Below, one piece after another: positions 9,140 through 19,685 of a stretch of DNA of 30,327 bases. Each line of letters opens with the position of its first letter. The stretch's first letter is position 1. Source of the stretch: Acidimicrobiia bacterium (GTDB lineage: Bacteria > Actinomycetota > Acidimicrobiia > Spongiisociales > Spongiisociaceae); assembly GCA_041576165.1 (NCBI GenBank), contig JBFGLM010000053.1, positions 1-30,327 on the forward strand, written 5' to 3'. Below the pieces are notes generated by a model, which saw nothing but the letters and a program-made list of their open reading frames with translations, had not been told where the DNA came from and made no database searches. The position numbers and the translations under genes are program-made.

Positions 9140-10816
9140 ATGCAGGATCGGAGTGAAGCCGCCAGCCGACCCCGGCGAAGCGATCAGCGGACCACCGCCC
9201 AGCACGAGTTGGCGGACGAGTTCGCGTCCGACATTTCGATGGTTCCGGATTCGGACATAGATCTGGGTGCCGGGGAGGGTGCCCGGCGGGGCCCCACCTC
9301 GACCTCGCCCTTCGGCGCGGGCCGGCGGGAAAACCACGACGCATCGGCGTTTTACAACCGGTTCACGCCTCCGGTCATCTCCGACGACGACAGGATCAAC
9401 CCGATCCCGGCGGACGTCGAAGCCCAGCCCTGCCGGCTGGGAGACAGTTGCTCGATGAGTGTCCTGCCGGACAACTGCGTGGCGCTGGTGGTGACCTCGC
9501 CCCCGTATTTCGTGGGCAAGGAGTATGAGGTGGCGGTCACCGGCGATCCGGACACCAAAGCGTCCGCCGGCAGCATCCCGACCTCCTACCTCGACTATCT
9601 GGAGATGTTGCGAGACGTTTTTCGGGAGTGCGTGCGGGTGCTGGAGCCGGGCGGGCGAATTGCGGTCAACGTGGCGAACCTCGGCCGCAAGCCGTATCGC
9701 AGCCTGTCGGCCGATGTGATATCGATCCTCCAGGACGACCTGGGGTTGCTGCTCCGCGGGGAGATAATCTGGCACAAAGCCGATGGTGCCACCGGGTCGG
9801 TGGCGTGGGGGTCGTACAAATCAGCCGCCAACCCGGTGCTCCGCGATCTCACCGAGCGGGTGATCGTTGCGTCGAAAGGCAGGTTCGATCGAGCCCAGGC
9901 AAAAAGCCGCGCCGCGAACGGGCTGCCCTACGAGAACACGCTCAGCGCCGACGACTTCATGGAGGCCACCCTCGACGTGTGGCGCATAGATCCGGAAAGC
10001 GCCCGCCGGGTGAACCATCCGGCACCGTTTCCGATCGAGCTGCCCCGGCGGCTGATCGATCTGTATACCTACCGTGGCGATGTAGTGCTCGATCCGTTCA
10101 TGGGGTCGGGGACGACACTGGTCGCGGCCGCCCGGACCGAGCGCCGGGGGGTGGGGTTCGACACCGAACCGGAGTATGTCGAGATCGCCCGCGCTCGGGT
10201 GGCAAGCGAAAAGGAGCGGCGGCTGCCGCGGGTCTTTGCGTACGACGGCGAGACGCCGCTGCCGCTCCCGATTCCCGATAGTCCCGAGGAGCGGATCGAG
10301 CATTTCCAGGCGCGGGCTACTGAGGAGGGGAAGAAGGCCCACGATCTCGCCAAGACGCTGCTGGAGGAACAAACTGAGTTCGAGATCGTCGCCGAAAACA
10401 CGAAGGTGAAGGGCGCGGGGGTTCAGTTCAATTTCCTGGTGGCGTCGAGCGAGGGGAGGCGATGGTACGTCGACGTGTCGGGAGCCTTCACCACCGTACG
10501 TCCGGGGCTCATGCGAACCGACACGCTGTGGAAGACGCTGGGCCGCATCCATGTCGTCAAGCAACCCCAGTTCGGCGACCACACCGGCCCCGTGGAGGTC
10601 CTCGTGATCACATCCAACCTGCCCAAACCGGGGAGCGAGGGCGACAAGGCGATACGGGCGGTGGGGCCCGCCAACGTGTTCGACGCGATCGAAATCTTCG
10701 ACACGAGCGAAGGGGGTGGCGTCGCCCGGCTCGGCGCGTATGCCACGTTCGGGGATGGGGAGCGGCCGCTGCCCGGATTCTGGACGGATGACGACATCGA
10801 CCAGCGCTACCCCTGA
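9140..10816 (+). CDS. Beta-class amino-DNA methyltransferase (SPPY, probably N4-C) fused to a C-terminal degenerate PD-(D/E)XK-like domain
   Basis: Motif IV VTSPPY precedes HPAPFP and motif I VLDPFMGSGTT (beta order). An extra ~180-aa tail has restriction-fold-like elements (GKKAHDLA..LLEE, GVQFNFLV, WYVDVSG, RPGLMRTDTLWKTLG). ATG 9140 lies 7 nt after TATCGT; GTG 9131 is an alternative start. Confidence 0.88.
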   Translation: MQDRSEAASRPRRSDQRTTAQHELADEFASDISMVPDSDIDLGAGEGARRGPTSTSPFGAGRRENHDASAFYNRFTPPVISDDDRINPIPADVEAQPCRLGDSCSMSVLPDNCVALVVTSPPYFVGKEYEVAVTGDPDTKASAGSIPTSYLDYLEMLRDVFRECVRVLEPGGRIAVNVANLGRKPYRSLSADVISILQDDLGLLLRGEIIWHKADGATGSVAWGSYKSAANPVLRDLTERVIVASKGRFDRAQAKSRAANGLPYENTLSADDFMEATLDVWRIDPESARRVNHPAPFPIELPRRLIDLYTYRGDVVLDPFMGSGTTLVAAARTERRGVGFDTEPEYVEIARARVASEKERRLPRVFAYDGETPLPLPIPDSPEERIEHFQARATEEGKKAHDLAKTLLEEQTEFEIVAENTKVKGAGVQFNFLVASSEGRRWYVDVSGAFTTVRPGLMRTDTLWKTLGRIHVVKQPQFGDHTGPVEVLVITSNLPKPGSEGDKAIRAVGPANVFDAIEIFDTSEGGGVARLGAYATFGDGERPLPGFWTDDDIDQRYP

Positions 10817-10817
10817 C

Positions 10818-11135
10818 ATGAGCGTCGTGGCGTGTGCGGTGGTGCACTCCGTACCGCCATCCGTCTACCTGGCCGTGGACATCGAAGTGCTGCATCGGGT
10901 CCTGGCCCTCGAGGTGGTAGCGCGGACCGACACGGCGTTGTTGGGGACAGCGGTAGCCGACGTACGAGACGCACTCCTCCAGGAGCGGTGGGGGGATGCG
11001 GCCGCGGCCTGGATCAGAGCAACCGGCATCGGCATCGATGTCTACCCCAACATCAGCGTCTATTCGCCCGAGGACCTTCCGCCCGACCTCATCGGGGCGC
11101 AGCTGCAGTTCGCGCCGCTGTTCCGGGCGCCCTGA
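10818..11135 (+). CDS. Hypothetical protein (105 aa), middle gene of the methyltransferase operon
   Basis: ATG is 1 nt after the MTase stop, and its TGA overlaps the next ATG (TGATG 11133-11137); protein-like composition (MSVVACAVVHSVPPSVYLAVD...LQFAPLFRAP). Confidence 0.75.
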   Translation: MSVVACAVVHSVPPSVYLAVDIEVLHRVLALEVVARTDTALLGTAVADVRDALLQERWGDAAAAWIRATGIGIDVYPNISVYSPEDLPPDLIGAQLQFAPLFRAP

Positions 11136-12142
11136 TGGCCTCGATCAGGACCGAGATCACCGAGATAACCACCGGGCTGGCGATGCTCGGGTTTCGGGAT
11201 CTGGCGACGGCGCTGGACGTCGAACCGGCCGCGATCGCGCACGTATCGTCCGAACATTTCACTCGCCTCCGGGACGCCTATGCGAGTGGCGAGAACAAAG
11301 CGGACTTCACGACTGCCTGGGCCAACGGGCGAGCGTTCGCCCGCTCCGGTGACGGGCTGCGGGGCCGCCCGCCGTGGGTGGTCGAATGGAAGGGATCGCA
11401 CAAGCCGCCGGGGTACGAGCAGGTTCCGGCTGATTTGCGGGTCGATCACGTGTACCTGGTGAGCTGCAAATACGGGTCGAACATCCTGCACAACGTATCG
11501 CCGGCCCATCTTTTTGACCGGCTGCTGGTCGAGAGGCCGGGGCGTAGCTCGGACTGGTTCTTGGAGGTGGCCCCCGAGGCCTACCAGGAGTTGTACGACG
11601 CTTGCCGCCGCCATCTCGGCATCCCGGCGCTGCCGGCCGCCGTGGGCGACGTCGGCCCGGACGAGCGACGGCTGCTGAAGGCGGGTCTCAAGCGGCGCTG
11701 GCCCTCCGGAATCCAGCCGGTGTACGAGGCGCTGGCGTACGAGGTCGCCCGCCACTCCGTGGAACGGTGGCGCAGGAATCTGTCATCCCGGGGGCGGCGG
11801 GAGGAAATGGTCTGGCGCCTGCTCCGCTTTCAGGCGTCGCCCTATTTCGTCCTGGGTGCAGCGATGGACGGCACCCCATTGCGATATCGGGTGGCGACGC
11901 CCTGGGACTTCCGGGAGCGGTACCACCTGACCCAGTTCGGCTCATGGCCGGATGTTGCCGGTCAGCCGATCGTCCGGTGGCGGGTAGAGGCCGAGGATAC
12001 GTTGCTGGGCGAAACACAAGCCGTTGAGGGGCACGTCGAGATCCGCTGGAGTCACGGCCGGTTCGGTCAGGTGCCCGAGGCCAAGGTCTACCTGGACAGC
12101 TCCCACCACGGTGTGCCCGGCTACTTCTCACTCGGGGAGTGA
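11135..12142 (+). CDS. Hypothetical protein, putative PD-(D/E)XK-fold (PD...SxK variant) endonuclease
   Basis: 335 aa, TGATG-coupled start; VPADLRVDHVYLVSCKYGS resembles PD...SxK active sites; C-terminal EIRWSHGRF...PEAKVY. The CDS is solid and the function is inferred. Confidence 0.7.
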   Translation: MASIRTEITEITTGLAMLGFRDLATALDVEPAAIAHVSSEHFTRLRDAYASGENKADFTTAWANGRAFARSGDGLRGRPPWVVEWKGSHKPPGYEQVPADLRVDHVYLVSCKYGSNILHNVSPAHLFDRLLVERPGRSSDWFLEVAPEAYQELYDACRRHLGIPALPAAVGDVGPDERRLLKAGLKRRWPSGIQPVYEALAYEVARHSVERWRRNLSSRGRREEMVWRLLRFQASPYFVLGAAMDGTPLRYRVATPWDFRERYHLTQFGSWPDVAGQPIVRWRVEAEDTLLGETQAVEGHVEIRWSHGRFGQVPEAKVYLDSSHHGVPGYFSLGE

Positions 12143-12276
12143 ATAGACACGGCGACGGCAGCCCCGCTTCGAGTTGGATAACTGACCACCGCCTGGAGTA
12201 ACCTTGCGGCTCGGCGCTGCACGCGGGCAGTGCCGATTTGTTGTTCAGGGCATTGCCAGGATTGGAGTCAGGCACC

Positions 12277-12861
12277 ATGCGGCGGATCATGTTCCTGGTC
12301 GCGCTCGCCATGTTTCTCACACAGCCGACGTTCACGTCGGCGGCGGGTGCCACGGATGACTTCACGATCGAAGCTTTCCCACACTCGGATGTGAACATCG
12401 AGTTTGCCAACGACTGGGGCCGGCCCCGCTCCGGCGGCCGGACCCACAAGGGGACCGACATCTTCAGCCCCAAGGGTTCCCCGGTCGTGGCGGTGGCCGA
12501 CGGCTTCGTCGAGTACATGGCGAAATGGCCCACCGCCGGCTTTGCCTTGATCATCCGGCACGCGGATGACTGGTCGTCCCACTACTACCACCTCAACAAC
12601 GACAAACCCGGTGCCGACCGTGGGGCCGGCGGCTGGGAGGCTGCATTCGCGCCCGGTCTGGAGGAGGGCGACTTCGTGTCGGCCGGTCAGCTGGTCGGTT
12701 TCGTGGGTGATTCTGGCAACGCCGAGTCCGCCCGGGCCCACACGCATTTCGAACTGCATGATGGCTCGCGGGTCGTCAACCCGTTCCCGTTCCTCGAAGA
12801 GGCCTACCAGCGAATGGAACTGCTGGCGGAGCTCGAAAGCCTCGGCATCCCCATCGAGTGA
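12277..12861 (+). CDS. M23 family metallopeptidase, secreted
   Basis: Signal peptide MRRIMFLVALAMFL; HKGTD (HxxxD), YYHL, G.VGDSGNA and HTHFE (HxH); GGAG RBS upstream. Confidence 0.92.
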   Translation: MRRIMFLVALAMFLTQPTFTSAAGATDDFTIEAFPHSDVNIEFANDWGRPRSGGRTHKGTDIFSPKGSPVVAVADGFVEYMAKWPTAGFALIIRHADDWSSHYYHLNNDKPGADRGAGGWEAAFAPGLEEGDFVSAGQLVGFVGDSGNAESARAHTHFELHDGSRVVNPFPFLEEAYQRMELLAELESLGIPIE

Positions 12862-12878
12862 CGTGCCGCCGCCCCTCA

Positions 12879-13334
12879 TCAGATCTCGACGGCGTCCTCC
12901 AGATCGGCCACCTCTGACGCAACCTCGGCCGGCGGACGGCCGGCGGTGGCCACCACTCTGACCTCGGGAGCGCATTCCGACACATCGCCCAGTTGGGTGC
13001 CGGGCGTTTCGACCCAGATGGCACGGGTCACCCCCGAGGACCGCAGCGCGTTGGCCCAGCCCGCCACCGCCGCCTGCGGTCCGGCAAACGCCAGCTCTCG
13101 ACCGTCGTGGGCAGCTTCGGTGACCAGCACCGCGCAGAAACAGTTGGTGCATGCTCCCTCTACGTGTGACACATCGGACAGGTCGCCGGTGGCCACCTTC
13201 ACCTCGGTCGCTCGGAGCGCCTCGCCGGTGGACTCGTCGCTGACGAATGCACGAACCTCGCCGGCCCGCTCACGCAGCAGGGTGAGGATGGCAGCACCGG
13301 TCGGCGTGTCTGCGCCTATCACGATCACAGGCAT
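12879..13334 (-). CDS. Short NAD(P)-binding Rossmann-like (NmrA-like) protein
   Basis: N-terminal VIVIGADTPTG, VRAFV and KVATGDLSD; only 151 aa. Confidence 0.75.
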   Translation of the reverse strand: MPVIVIGADTPTGAAILTLLRERAGEVRAFVSDESTGEALRATEVKVATGDLSDVSHVEGACTNCFCAVLVTEAAHDGRELAFAGPQAAVAGWANALRSSGVTRAIWVETPGTQLGDVSECAPEVRVVATAGRPPAEVASEVADLEDAVEI

Positions 13335-13429
13335 GGGCCCAACCTAGTGAGATGTCGCCGTCATACCGCTCTGGCTGGCGTTGGCGGCCCGGATCCGCCC
13401 AACCTCACCCGTTCAGCGGGTGGCAGCCG

Positions 13430-13467
13430 GAAGCAGGCTTGAAACCGGCTCGAAACACGCTCGTAAC
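13430..13467 (+). promoter_or_regulatory. Putative GlnR-type binding site upstream of gltB
   Basis: GAAGC-n6-GAAAC-n6-GAAAC-n6-GTAAC with 11-bp periodicity, similar to the actinobacterial GlnR box gTnAc-n6-GaAAc; -10-like TATGAT at 13496-13501. Confidence 0.65.
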
Positions 13468-13651
13468 ACTCGTCGGGGCCGGGTGGCCGGGCCGGTATGA
13501 TGCGAGCTCCGCCCCAGGGTCGATAGCCCTTCCGGCACGTATATGACGTCGCCGGGCACCACCCCAGGCGCCGGCCAAACTGCGCCCAGTTGGGGCTGGC
13601 GGCATGGGTTGCGGATGCGTGACAATTGACGAAGACGACGGAGGTGACGCC

Positions 13652-16600
13652 ATGCGAGGGCTGTACGATTCAGCGTTCGAGCACGATGCCTGCGGAGTCA
13701 ACTTCGTCGCCGATCTGAAGGGACGCCGCAACCACACCATCGTTCAGATGGGCATCGGCGCCGTGTGCAACCTGGAACACCGCGGGGCGTCGGGCGCGGA
13801 CCCCAACACGGGTGATGGGGCCGGCATTCTGCTCCAAGTGCCGGATCGATTCTTCCGTGATGTTGTCCCGTTCGAGCTGCCGCCCGAGGGTGCGTACGCC
13901 ACCGGCATGGCCTTCCTGCCCCAGGATGAAACCCAGGCGGAGATCGGAGCAGCTGCCTGCGAGGACATCGTGCGGGATGAAGGCTTCGACGTGTTGGGCT
14001 GGCGGCACGTGCCGGTGGAGCCGTCCATGCTGGGCAAAGCCGCCGCCGAGACCCGGCCGACATTCCGTCAGCTGTTCATCGCCAAACCCGGCGTCGCCGG
14101 CATGGCGCTCGAGCGGCACGCCTACGTCATCCGGAAACGATTCGAGCACGAGATCCACCTCCGGGCGGGCAAGGACGAGATCAACGAGGCCATTGGCGGG
14201 GCGACCGAAATGCACGACGGGGTCTACTTCCCCAGCCTGTCGGGCCGGACTTTCGTCTACAAAGGCATGCTGACTTCTCCCCAGCTGGCCGACTTCTATT
14301 CCGACCTGCACGACGACCGGGTCGAGTCGGCACTGGTGCTGGTGCACTCCCGGTTCTCGACCAACACGTTCCCGATGTGGCCGTTAGCGCACCCCTACCG
14401 CATGATCGCCCACAATGGTGAAATCAATACCATTCAGGGCAACCGCAACTTCATGCGGGCCCGAGAGGCCCTGCTTGCCACCGACCTGATCCCCGGGGAT
14501 CTCGACCGCATCTTCCCGGTGTGCACTCCTGGTGCGTCGGACACCGCGGGCTTCGACGAGGCTCTCGAGCTGCTGTACATGGGCGGGTACTCGTTGCCAG
14601 AAGCCGTCCTCATGATGATTCCCGAGCCGTGGGAGAACCATGAGCACATGACGCCCGAGATCCGGGCCTTTTACCAGTACCACGCGTCGCTGATGGAGCC
14701 ATGGGACGGTCCCGCCTCGATTGCGTTCACCGATGGCCGGGTCATTGGAGCAGTTCTCGACCGCAACGGCTTGCGTCCTTCACGTTATTGGGTAACCGAC
14801 GACGACCTGGTGGTCATGGCCTCCGAGGTTGGAGTGGTCGACATTCCCCAGGATCGAATCATCGAGAAGGGCCGGCTCCAGCCCGGCAAGATGTTCCTGA
14901 TCGACACCCGCCAGGGCCGGATCATCCGCGACGATGAGCTCAAAGCCCAGCTGGCCTCGGCCCGGCCGTACCAAGAGTGGCTCGACCGCAACTTGCTGCA
15001 TCTCGACGACGTGGCGAAACGCGATTCGACCCGTACAGCCGGAGCGCCGCTGGTGCAACGCCAGCAGGTTCACGGCTATACCCACGAGGAACTCAAGCTG
15101 CTGCTGGCGCCCATGGCGCGGGACGGGAAAGAGGCGCTGGGCTCGATGGGCACCGACACCCCGATCGCGGTGCTCTCCAACCGGGCGCGGCTGCTGTACG
15201 ACTATTTCTCCCAGTTGTTCGCGCAGGTCACGAATCCGCCACTTGATGCGATTCGGGAAGAACTGGTGACGTCGCTGCGGACCATGCTCGGGCCGGAAGG
15301 AAACCTCTTCGCTCCCGATGAGCGGTCTTGCTCGATGGTCGAACTCGACAGTCCAATCATCGCCAACGACCAGCTCGAGCAGCTGTTGCATTTGGACGAG
15401 ATCCCCACTGTGGACGGCTTCACTGCGGTGGTGCGGTGCCTGTATCCGGTCGCCGAGGGTGGGCCGGGGTTGGAGGCGGCGCTGGAACGGGTCTTCGCTG
15501 AGGTTGACCAGCTCATTACAGAAGGTGTCTCGCGTGTGGTGCTGTCCGACCGAGGGGTCACCGCCGAGCTCGCACCGATTCCGGCTCTATTGGTGACGGC
15601 CGGCGTGCACCATCACCTGATCCGATCCAAACAGCGAACCAAGGTCGGCCTGATCGTGGAGTCGGGCGAGGCGCGCGAGGTGCACCATCTGTGTCTGCTG
15701 CTCGGCTACGGGGCCGCTGCCGTGAACCCCTACTTGGCGTTCGAGACGATCGACGCCATGGTCGAGGGAGGGCTCCATGACCTGGGGACCCTGGACCGGG
15801 AGACCGCCCACGCGAACTACATCAAGGCGGCGGGCAAAGGGGTGCTCAAGGTCATGTCCAAGATGGGCATCTCGACCGTGGCCTCCTACATCGGCGCGCA
15901 GATCTTCGAGGCGATTGGTCTGGGGGAGAGACTGGTTGATCGCTACTTCACAGGCACGACGAGCCGTCTGGGCGGGATCGACCTCGACGTGATTGCGGCC
16001 GAAGTAGCGAAGCGCCACGCTATTGCATTCGCCGACCAGCCCGAAGAGCGTGCCCATCGCGACCTCGAGGTGGGCGGGGAATACCAGTGGCGTCGTGAGG
16101 GCGAATATCACCTCTTCAACCCGGAGACCGTTTTCAAGCTGCAGCACTCGACCCGGGACGGTCGCTACGACATCTTCAAGGAGTACACGAGCCGGGTTGA
16201 TGAGCAATCCCGCCAGCTGGCGACTCTTCGCGGAATGTTCCGGTTCCGCGTCGAGGACCGGACGCCGATCCCGATTGACGAGGTAGAGCCGGTTTCGGAG
16301 ATCGTGAAGCGTTTTTCGACCGGGGCGATGTCGTATGGCTCGATCTCCAAGGAGGCACACGAAACGCTGGCGATCGCGATGAACCGCATCGGCGGAAAGT
16401 CGAACACTGGGGAAGGCGGTGAAGACCCCGACCGTTACACACCCGACGAGAACGGCGACCTGCGGCGCAGCGCTATCAAGCAGGTGGCTTCGGGCCGCTT
16501 CGGTGTCACTTCCGAATACCTCGTCAATGCAGATGACCTGCAGATCAAGATGGCGCAGGGAGCCAAGCCCGGTGAAGGTGGTCAGCTGCCGGGCCACAAG

Positions 16601-18229
16601 GTCTACCCGTGGATCGCCAAGACTCGCTTTTCGACACCCGGCGTGGGCCTCATATCCCCGCCTCCCCATCACGACATCTACTCGATAGAAGACATCAAGC
16701 AGCTGATCCACGATCTGAAGAACTCCAACCCCCGGGCCCGGGTGCACGTGAAGCTCGTGGCGCAGATGGGAGTGGGGACCGTGGCGGCTGGAGTAGCCAA
16801 AGCAAAATCGGACGTCGTGCTGATCTCCGGCCACGACGGTGGCACCGGCGCGTCTCCGCTCACCTCCATCAAACACGCCGGCGGCCCGTGGGAAGTGGGC
16901 CTGGCGGAGACCCAGCAGACGCTGTTGCTGAATGAGCTGCGGGACCGGATCGTGGTGCAGGTCGACGGGCAGCTGAAGACCGGGCGCGACGTGATGATCG
17001 CAAGCCTGCTGGGGGCGGACGAGTTCGGATTCGCCACCGCGCCGCTGGTCGTGTCCGGCTGCGTGATGATGCGGGTCTGTCACCTCGACACGTGCCCCGT
17101 CGGAATCGCCACTCAGAATCCGCTCCTGCGAGAACGATTCACCGGCAAGGCCGAGTTCGTCGTGAACTTCATGAAGTTTGTGGCCCAGGAGGTGCGCGAA
17201 TACCTGGCGCTGCTCGGCTTTCGGAGCCTGGAGGAGGCCATCGGCCGGGCCGAACTCCTGGACGTGGGCGATGCGGTCAGGCACTGGAAGCTGGACGGGT
17301 TGGACCTCTCGCCGATCTTCTACGTGCCCGACATTCACCCGGACGCGCCGCGGAGCCAGAAGGGGGGTCAGGACCACGGCTTGGACCTGGCGCTCGACCA
17401 GACCCTCATCCAGCTCTCCGAGGGGGCGCTCGGGCACAAGGAACCGGTGACCCTCGACCTGCCCATCCGCAACGTCAACCGGACGGTGGGCACCCTCCTG
17501 GGATACGAGGTGACCAAGCGTTTCGGCGGAGAGGGCCTACCGGACGACACGATCATCCTCAACTTCACCGGCTCGGCCGGCATGAGCTTCGGGGCGTTTG
17601 TGCCGAGCGGCATCACGATGCGGTTGATCGGCGACGCCAATGACTATGTCGGGAAGGGTCTTTCCGGAGGGCGCATAATCGTGCAGCCACCAACCGAGGC
17701 CCCGCTCGTAGCGGAGGAGAACATCATCGCCGGGAACGTGATCCTGTACGGAGCCACCGCAGGTGAGATGTTCCTGCGCGGCATCGTCGGAGAGCGCTTC
17801 TGTGTTCGCAACTCCGGCGCGGTCGCCGTCGTGGAGGGCGTCGGTGATCACGGTTGTGAATACATGACGGGAGGACGGGCGGTGATTCTGGGACCTACCG
17901 GTCGCAACTTCGCCGCCGGTATGTCGGGTGGGATCGCCTACGTACTGGACGAGGCGGGAGACTTCACCACCAAGGTGAACATGGAGATGGTGGATCTCGA
18001 TCCGCTCGACGACGATGATCGAACCTTCCTACGGGATCGTGTCGAGGCGCATCTGCGCGAGACGGGATCGGGTGTCGCCCGCCGCCTGCTCCACGATTGG
18101 CCGGCTGCGCTCACCAGATTCGTGAAGGTAATGCCCAAGGATTTCAAGCGGGTGCTGGCTGCAGCCCGTCGGGCGGAGGAGACGGGCGAGCCGGTGCTCG
18201 ACGCGATCATGGCAGCCGCTCATGGCTGA
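13652..18229 (+). CDS. gltB: Glutamate synthase large subunit
   Basis: EHDACGV (Ntn Cys), [56 protein letters not shown] (3Fe-4S) and GXGXG C-domain; GGAGG RBS. Confidence 0.98.
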   Translation: MRGLYDSAFEHDACGVNFVADLKGRRNHTIVQMGIGAVCNLEHRGASGADPNTGDGAGILLQVPDRFFRDVVPFELPPEGAYATGMAFLPQDETQAEIGAAACEDIVRDEGFDVLGWRHVPVEPSMLGKAAAETRPTFRQLFIAKPGVAGMALERHAYVIRKRFEHEIHLRAGKDEINEAIGGATEMHDGVYFPSLSGRTFVYKGMLTSPQLADFYSDLHDDRVESALVLVHSRFSTNTFPMWPLAHPYRMIAHNGEINTIQGNRNFMRAREALLATDLIPGDLDRIFPVCTPGASDTAGFDEALELLYMGGYSLPEAVLMMIPEPWENHEHMTPEIRAFYQYHASLMEPWDGPASIAFTDGRVIGAVLDRNGLRPSRYWVTDDDLVVMASEVGVVDIPQDRIIEKGRLQPGKMFLIDTRQGRIIRDDELKAQLASARPYQEWLDRNLLHLDDVAKRDSTRTAGAPLVQRQQVHGYTHEELKLLLAPMARDGKEALGSMGTDTPIAVLSNRARLLYDYFSQLFAQVTNPPLDAIREELVTSLRTMLGPEGNLFAPDERSCSMVELDSPIIANDQLEQLLHLDEIPTVDGFTAVVRCLYPVAEGGPGLEAALERVFAEVDQLITEGVSRVVLSDRGVTAELAPIPALLVTAGVHHHLIRSKQRTKVGLIVESGEAREVHHLCLLLGYGAAAVNPYLAFETIDAMVEGGLHDLGTLDRETAHANYIKAAGKGVLKVMSKMGISTVASYIGAQIFEAIGLGERLVDRYFTGTTSRLGGIDLDVIAAEVAKRHAIAFADQPEERAHRDLEVGGEYQWRREGEYHLFNPETVFKLQHSTRDGRYDIFKEYTSRVDEQSRQLATLRGMFRFRVEDRTPIPIDEVEPVSEIVKRFSTGAMSYGSISKEAHETLAIAMNRIGGKSNTGEGGEDPDRYTPDENGDLRRSAIKQVASGRFGVTSEYLVNADDLQIKMAQGAKPGEGGQLPGHKVYPWIAKTRFSTPGVGLISPPPHHDIYSIEDIKQLIHDLKNSNPRARVHVKLVAQMGVGTVAAGVAKAKSDVVLISGHDGGTGASPLTSIKHAGGPWEVGLAETQQTLLLNELRDRIVVQVDGQLKTGRDVMIASLLGADEFGFATAPLVVSGCVMMRVCHLDTCPVGIATQNPLLRERFTGKAEFVVNFMKFVAQEVREYLALLGFRSLEEAIGRAELLDVGDAVRHWKLDGLDLSPIFYVPDIHPDAPRSQKGGQDHGLDLALDQTLIQLSEGALGHKEPVTLDLPIRNVNRTVGTLLGYEVTKRFGGEGLPDDTIILNFTGSAGMSFGAFVPSGITMRLIGDANDYVGKGLSGGRIIVQPPTEAPLVAEENIIAGNVILYGATAGEMFLRGIVGERFCVRNSGAVAVVEGVGDHGCEYMTGGRAVILGPTGRNFAAGMSGGIAYVLDEAGDFTTKVNMEMVDLDPLDDDDRTFLRDRVEAHLRETGSGVARRLLHDWPAALTRFVKVMPKDFKRVLAAARRAEETGEPVLDAIMAAAHG

Positions 18230-19685
18230 TCCCCGCGGATTCCTCAAACACCGGCGCAACGAGCCAACCCGGCGTCCGGTCGAGCTCCGCATCCGGGACT
18301 GGAACGAGGTCTACAACCCTTACCCCCGGTCCGACCTCCGCGACCAGGCAGCCCGCTGCATGGACTGCGGCATACCGTTCTGCAACAGCGGCTGCCCCCT
18401 CGGCAACCTCATCCCGGACTGGAACGATCTCGTCTATCACGATCTCTGGCGTGACGCCATCGACCGACTGCACGCGACCAATAACTTCCCCGAGTTCACC
18501 GGGCGGCTGTGCCCGGCGCCGTGCGAAGCGGCCTGCGTGCTCGGCATCAACGACGATCCCGTGACCATCAAGCAGGTTGAGCTCACCATCATCGAGCACG
18601 CGTTCGAGAAGGGCTGGATCCGCCCCGTCATGCCGACCACCCGCACCGGCCGCTCGGTCGCCGTGGTCGGTTCCGGTCCCGCCGGTTTGGCTGCTGCCCA
18701 ACAGCTGACCCGGGCCGGCCACGACGTGGTCGTGTTTGAGCGCGACGACCGGGTCGGTGGGCTCCTGCGATACGGCATACCGGAATTCAAGATGGAAAAG
18801 CGCTACGTCGACCGCCGGATGGCGCAAATGGAGGCGGAAGGCACCCGGTTCCGGGTCAACACCGAAATCGGCGTCGAGGTCGCAGCGGATCAACTGCGGG
18901 CAGAGTTCGACGCCGTGATACTCGCTGGTGGCGCCACGGCGTGGCGCGATCTACCCATCCCCGGCCGCGAATTGAACGGCATCCATCAGGCGATGGAATA
19001 CCTGCCTCTCGCCAACCGGGTGCAACTGGGCGACCTGGAATCGTCTCCGGTGGATGTGGGCGGAAAGCACGTGATCATCATCGGCGGCGGCGATACTGGG
19101 GCAGATTGTTTGGGCACGGCCCACCGACAGGGAGCTGCCTCGATTCATCAGTTCGAGATCATGCCCCGCCCCCCGGATGAGCGTGCTGCCACGACCCCCT
19201 GGCCGACCTGGCCGCTCATGCACCGCACCTCCTCCGCCCACGAGGAAGGCGGCGAGCGTGAATATGCGATCAACACCGAAATGTTCGTCGACGATGGCCG
19301 CGGCAACGTCGCCGCCCTCAAGACTCACCGAGTAGAGCAGAGGTTGGTCGACGGCCGGATGACGTTCCGGAGAATCGACGGTACCGATCAGGACTACCGC
19401 GCCGACGTCGTGCTCCTCGCCATGGGCTTCGTCGGCCCGGAGCGCAGCGCGATGCTCGAACAATTCGGAGTGGAGTTCACGGAACGAGGCAACGTTGTCC
19501 GGGACGTCGACTGGGCTACGAACGTGCCCGGCGTGTTCGTGGCCGGCGACATGGGACGGGGCCAATCGCTGATCGTGTGGGCCATTGCCGAAGGGCGAGC
19601 AGCCGCGGCGAGCGTCGACCGCTATCTCATGGGTGAGACGCTGTTGCCGACCCCGTTGGAGCCCTCAGCTTCGCCGCTGCGATAG
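18222..19685 (+). CDS. gltD: Glutamate synthase small subunit
   Basis: [10 protein letters not shown]...[36 protein letters not shown] and [10 protein letters not shown]; overlaps the gltB end. Confidence 0.97.
   Translation: MADPRGFLKHRRNEPTRRPVELRIRDWNEVYNPYPRSDLRDQAARCMDCGIPFCNSGCPLGNLIPDWNDLVYHDLWRDAIDRLHATNNFPEFTGRLCPAPCEAACVLGINDDPVTIKQVELTIIEHAFEKGWIRPVMPTTRTGRSVAVVGSGPAGLAAAQQLTRAGHDVVVFERDDRVGGLLRYGIPEFKMEKRYVDRRMAQMEAEGTRFRVNTEIGVEVAADQLRAEFDAVILAGGATAWRDLPIPGRELNGIHQAMEYLPLANRVQLGDLESSPVDVGGKHVIIIGGGDTGADCLGTAHRQGAASIHQFEIMPRPPDERAATTPWPTWPLMHRTSSAHEEGGEREYAINTEMFVDDGRGNVAALKTHRVEQRLVDGRMTFRRIDGTDQDYRADVVLLAMGFVGPERSAMLEQFGVEFTERGNVVRDVDWATNVPGVFVAGDMGRGQSLIVWAIAEGRAAAASVDRYLMGETLLPTPLEPSASPLR

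Noticed and set aside
9140-12142. Methyltransferase operon as part of a prophage or mobile island
   Set aside because: No integrase, transposase, tRNA, flanking direct repeats or visible composition shift.
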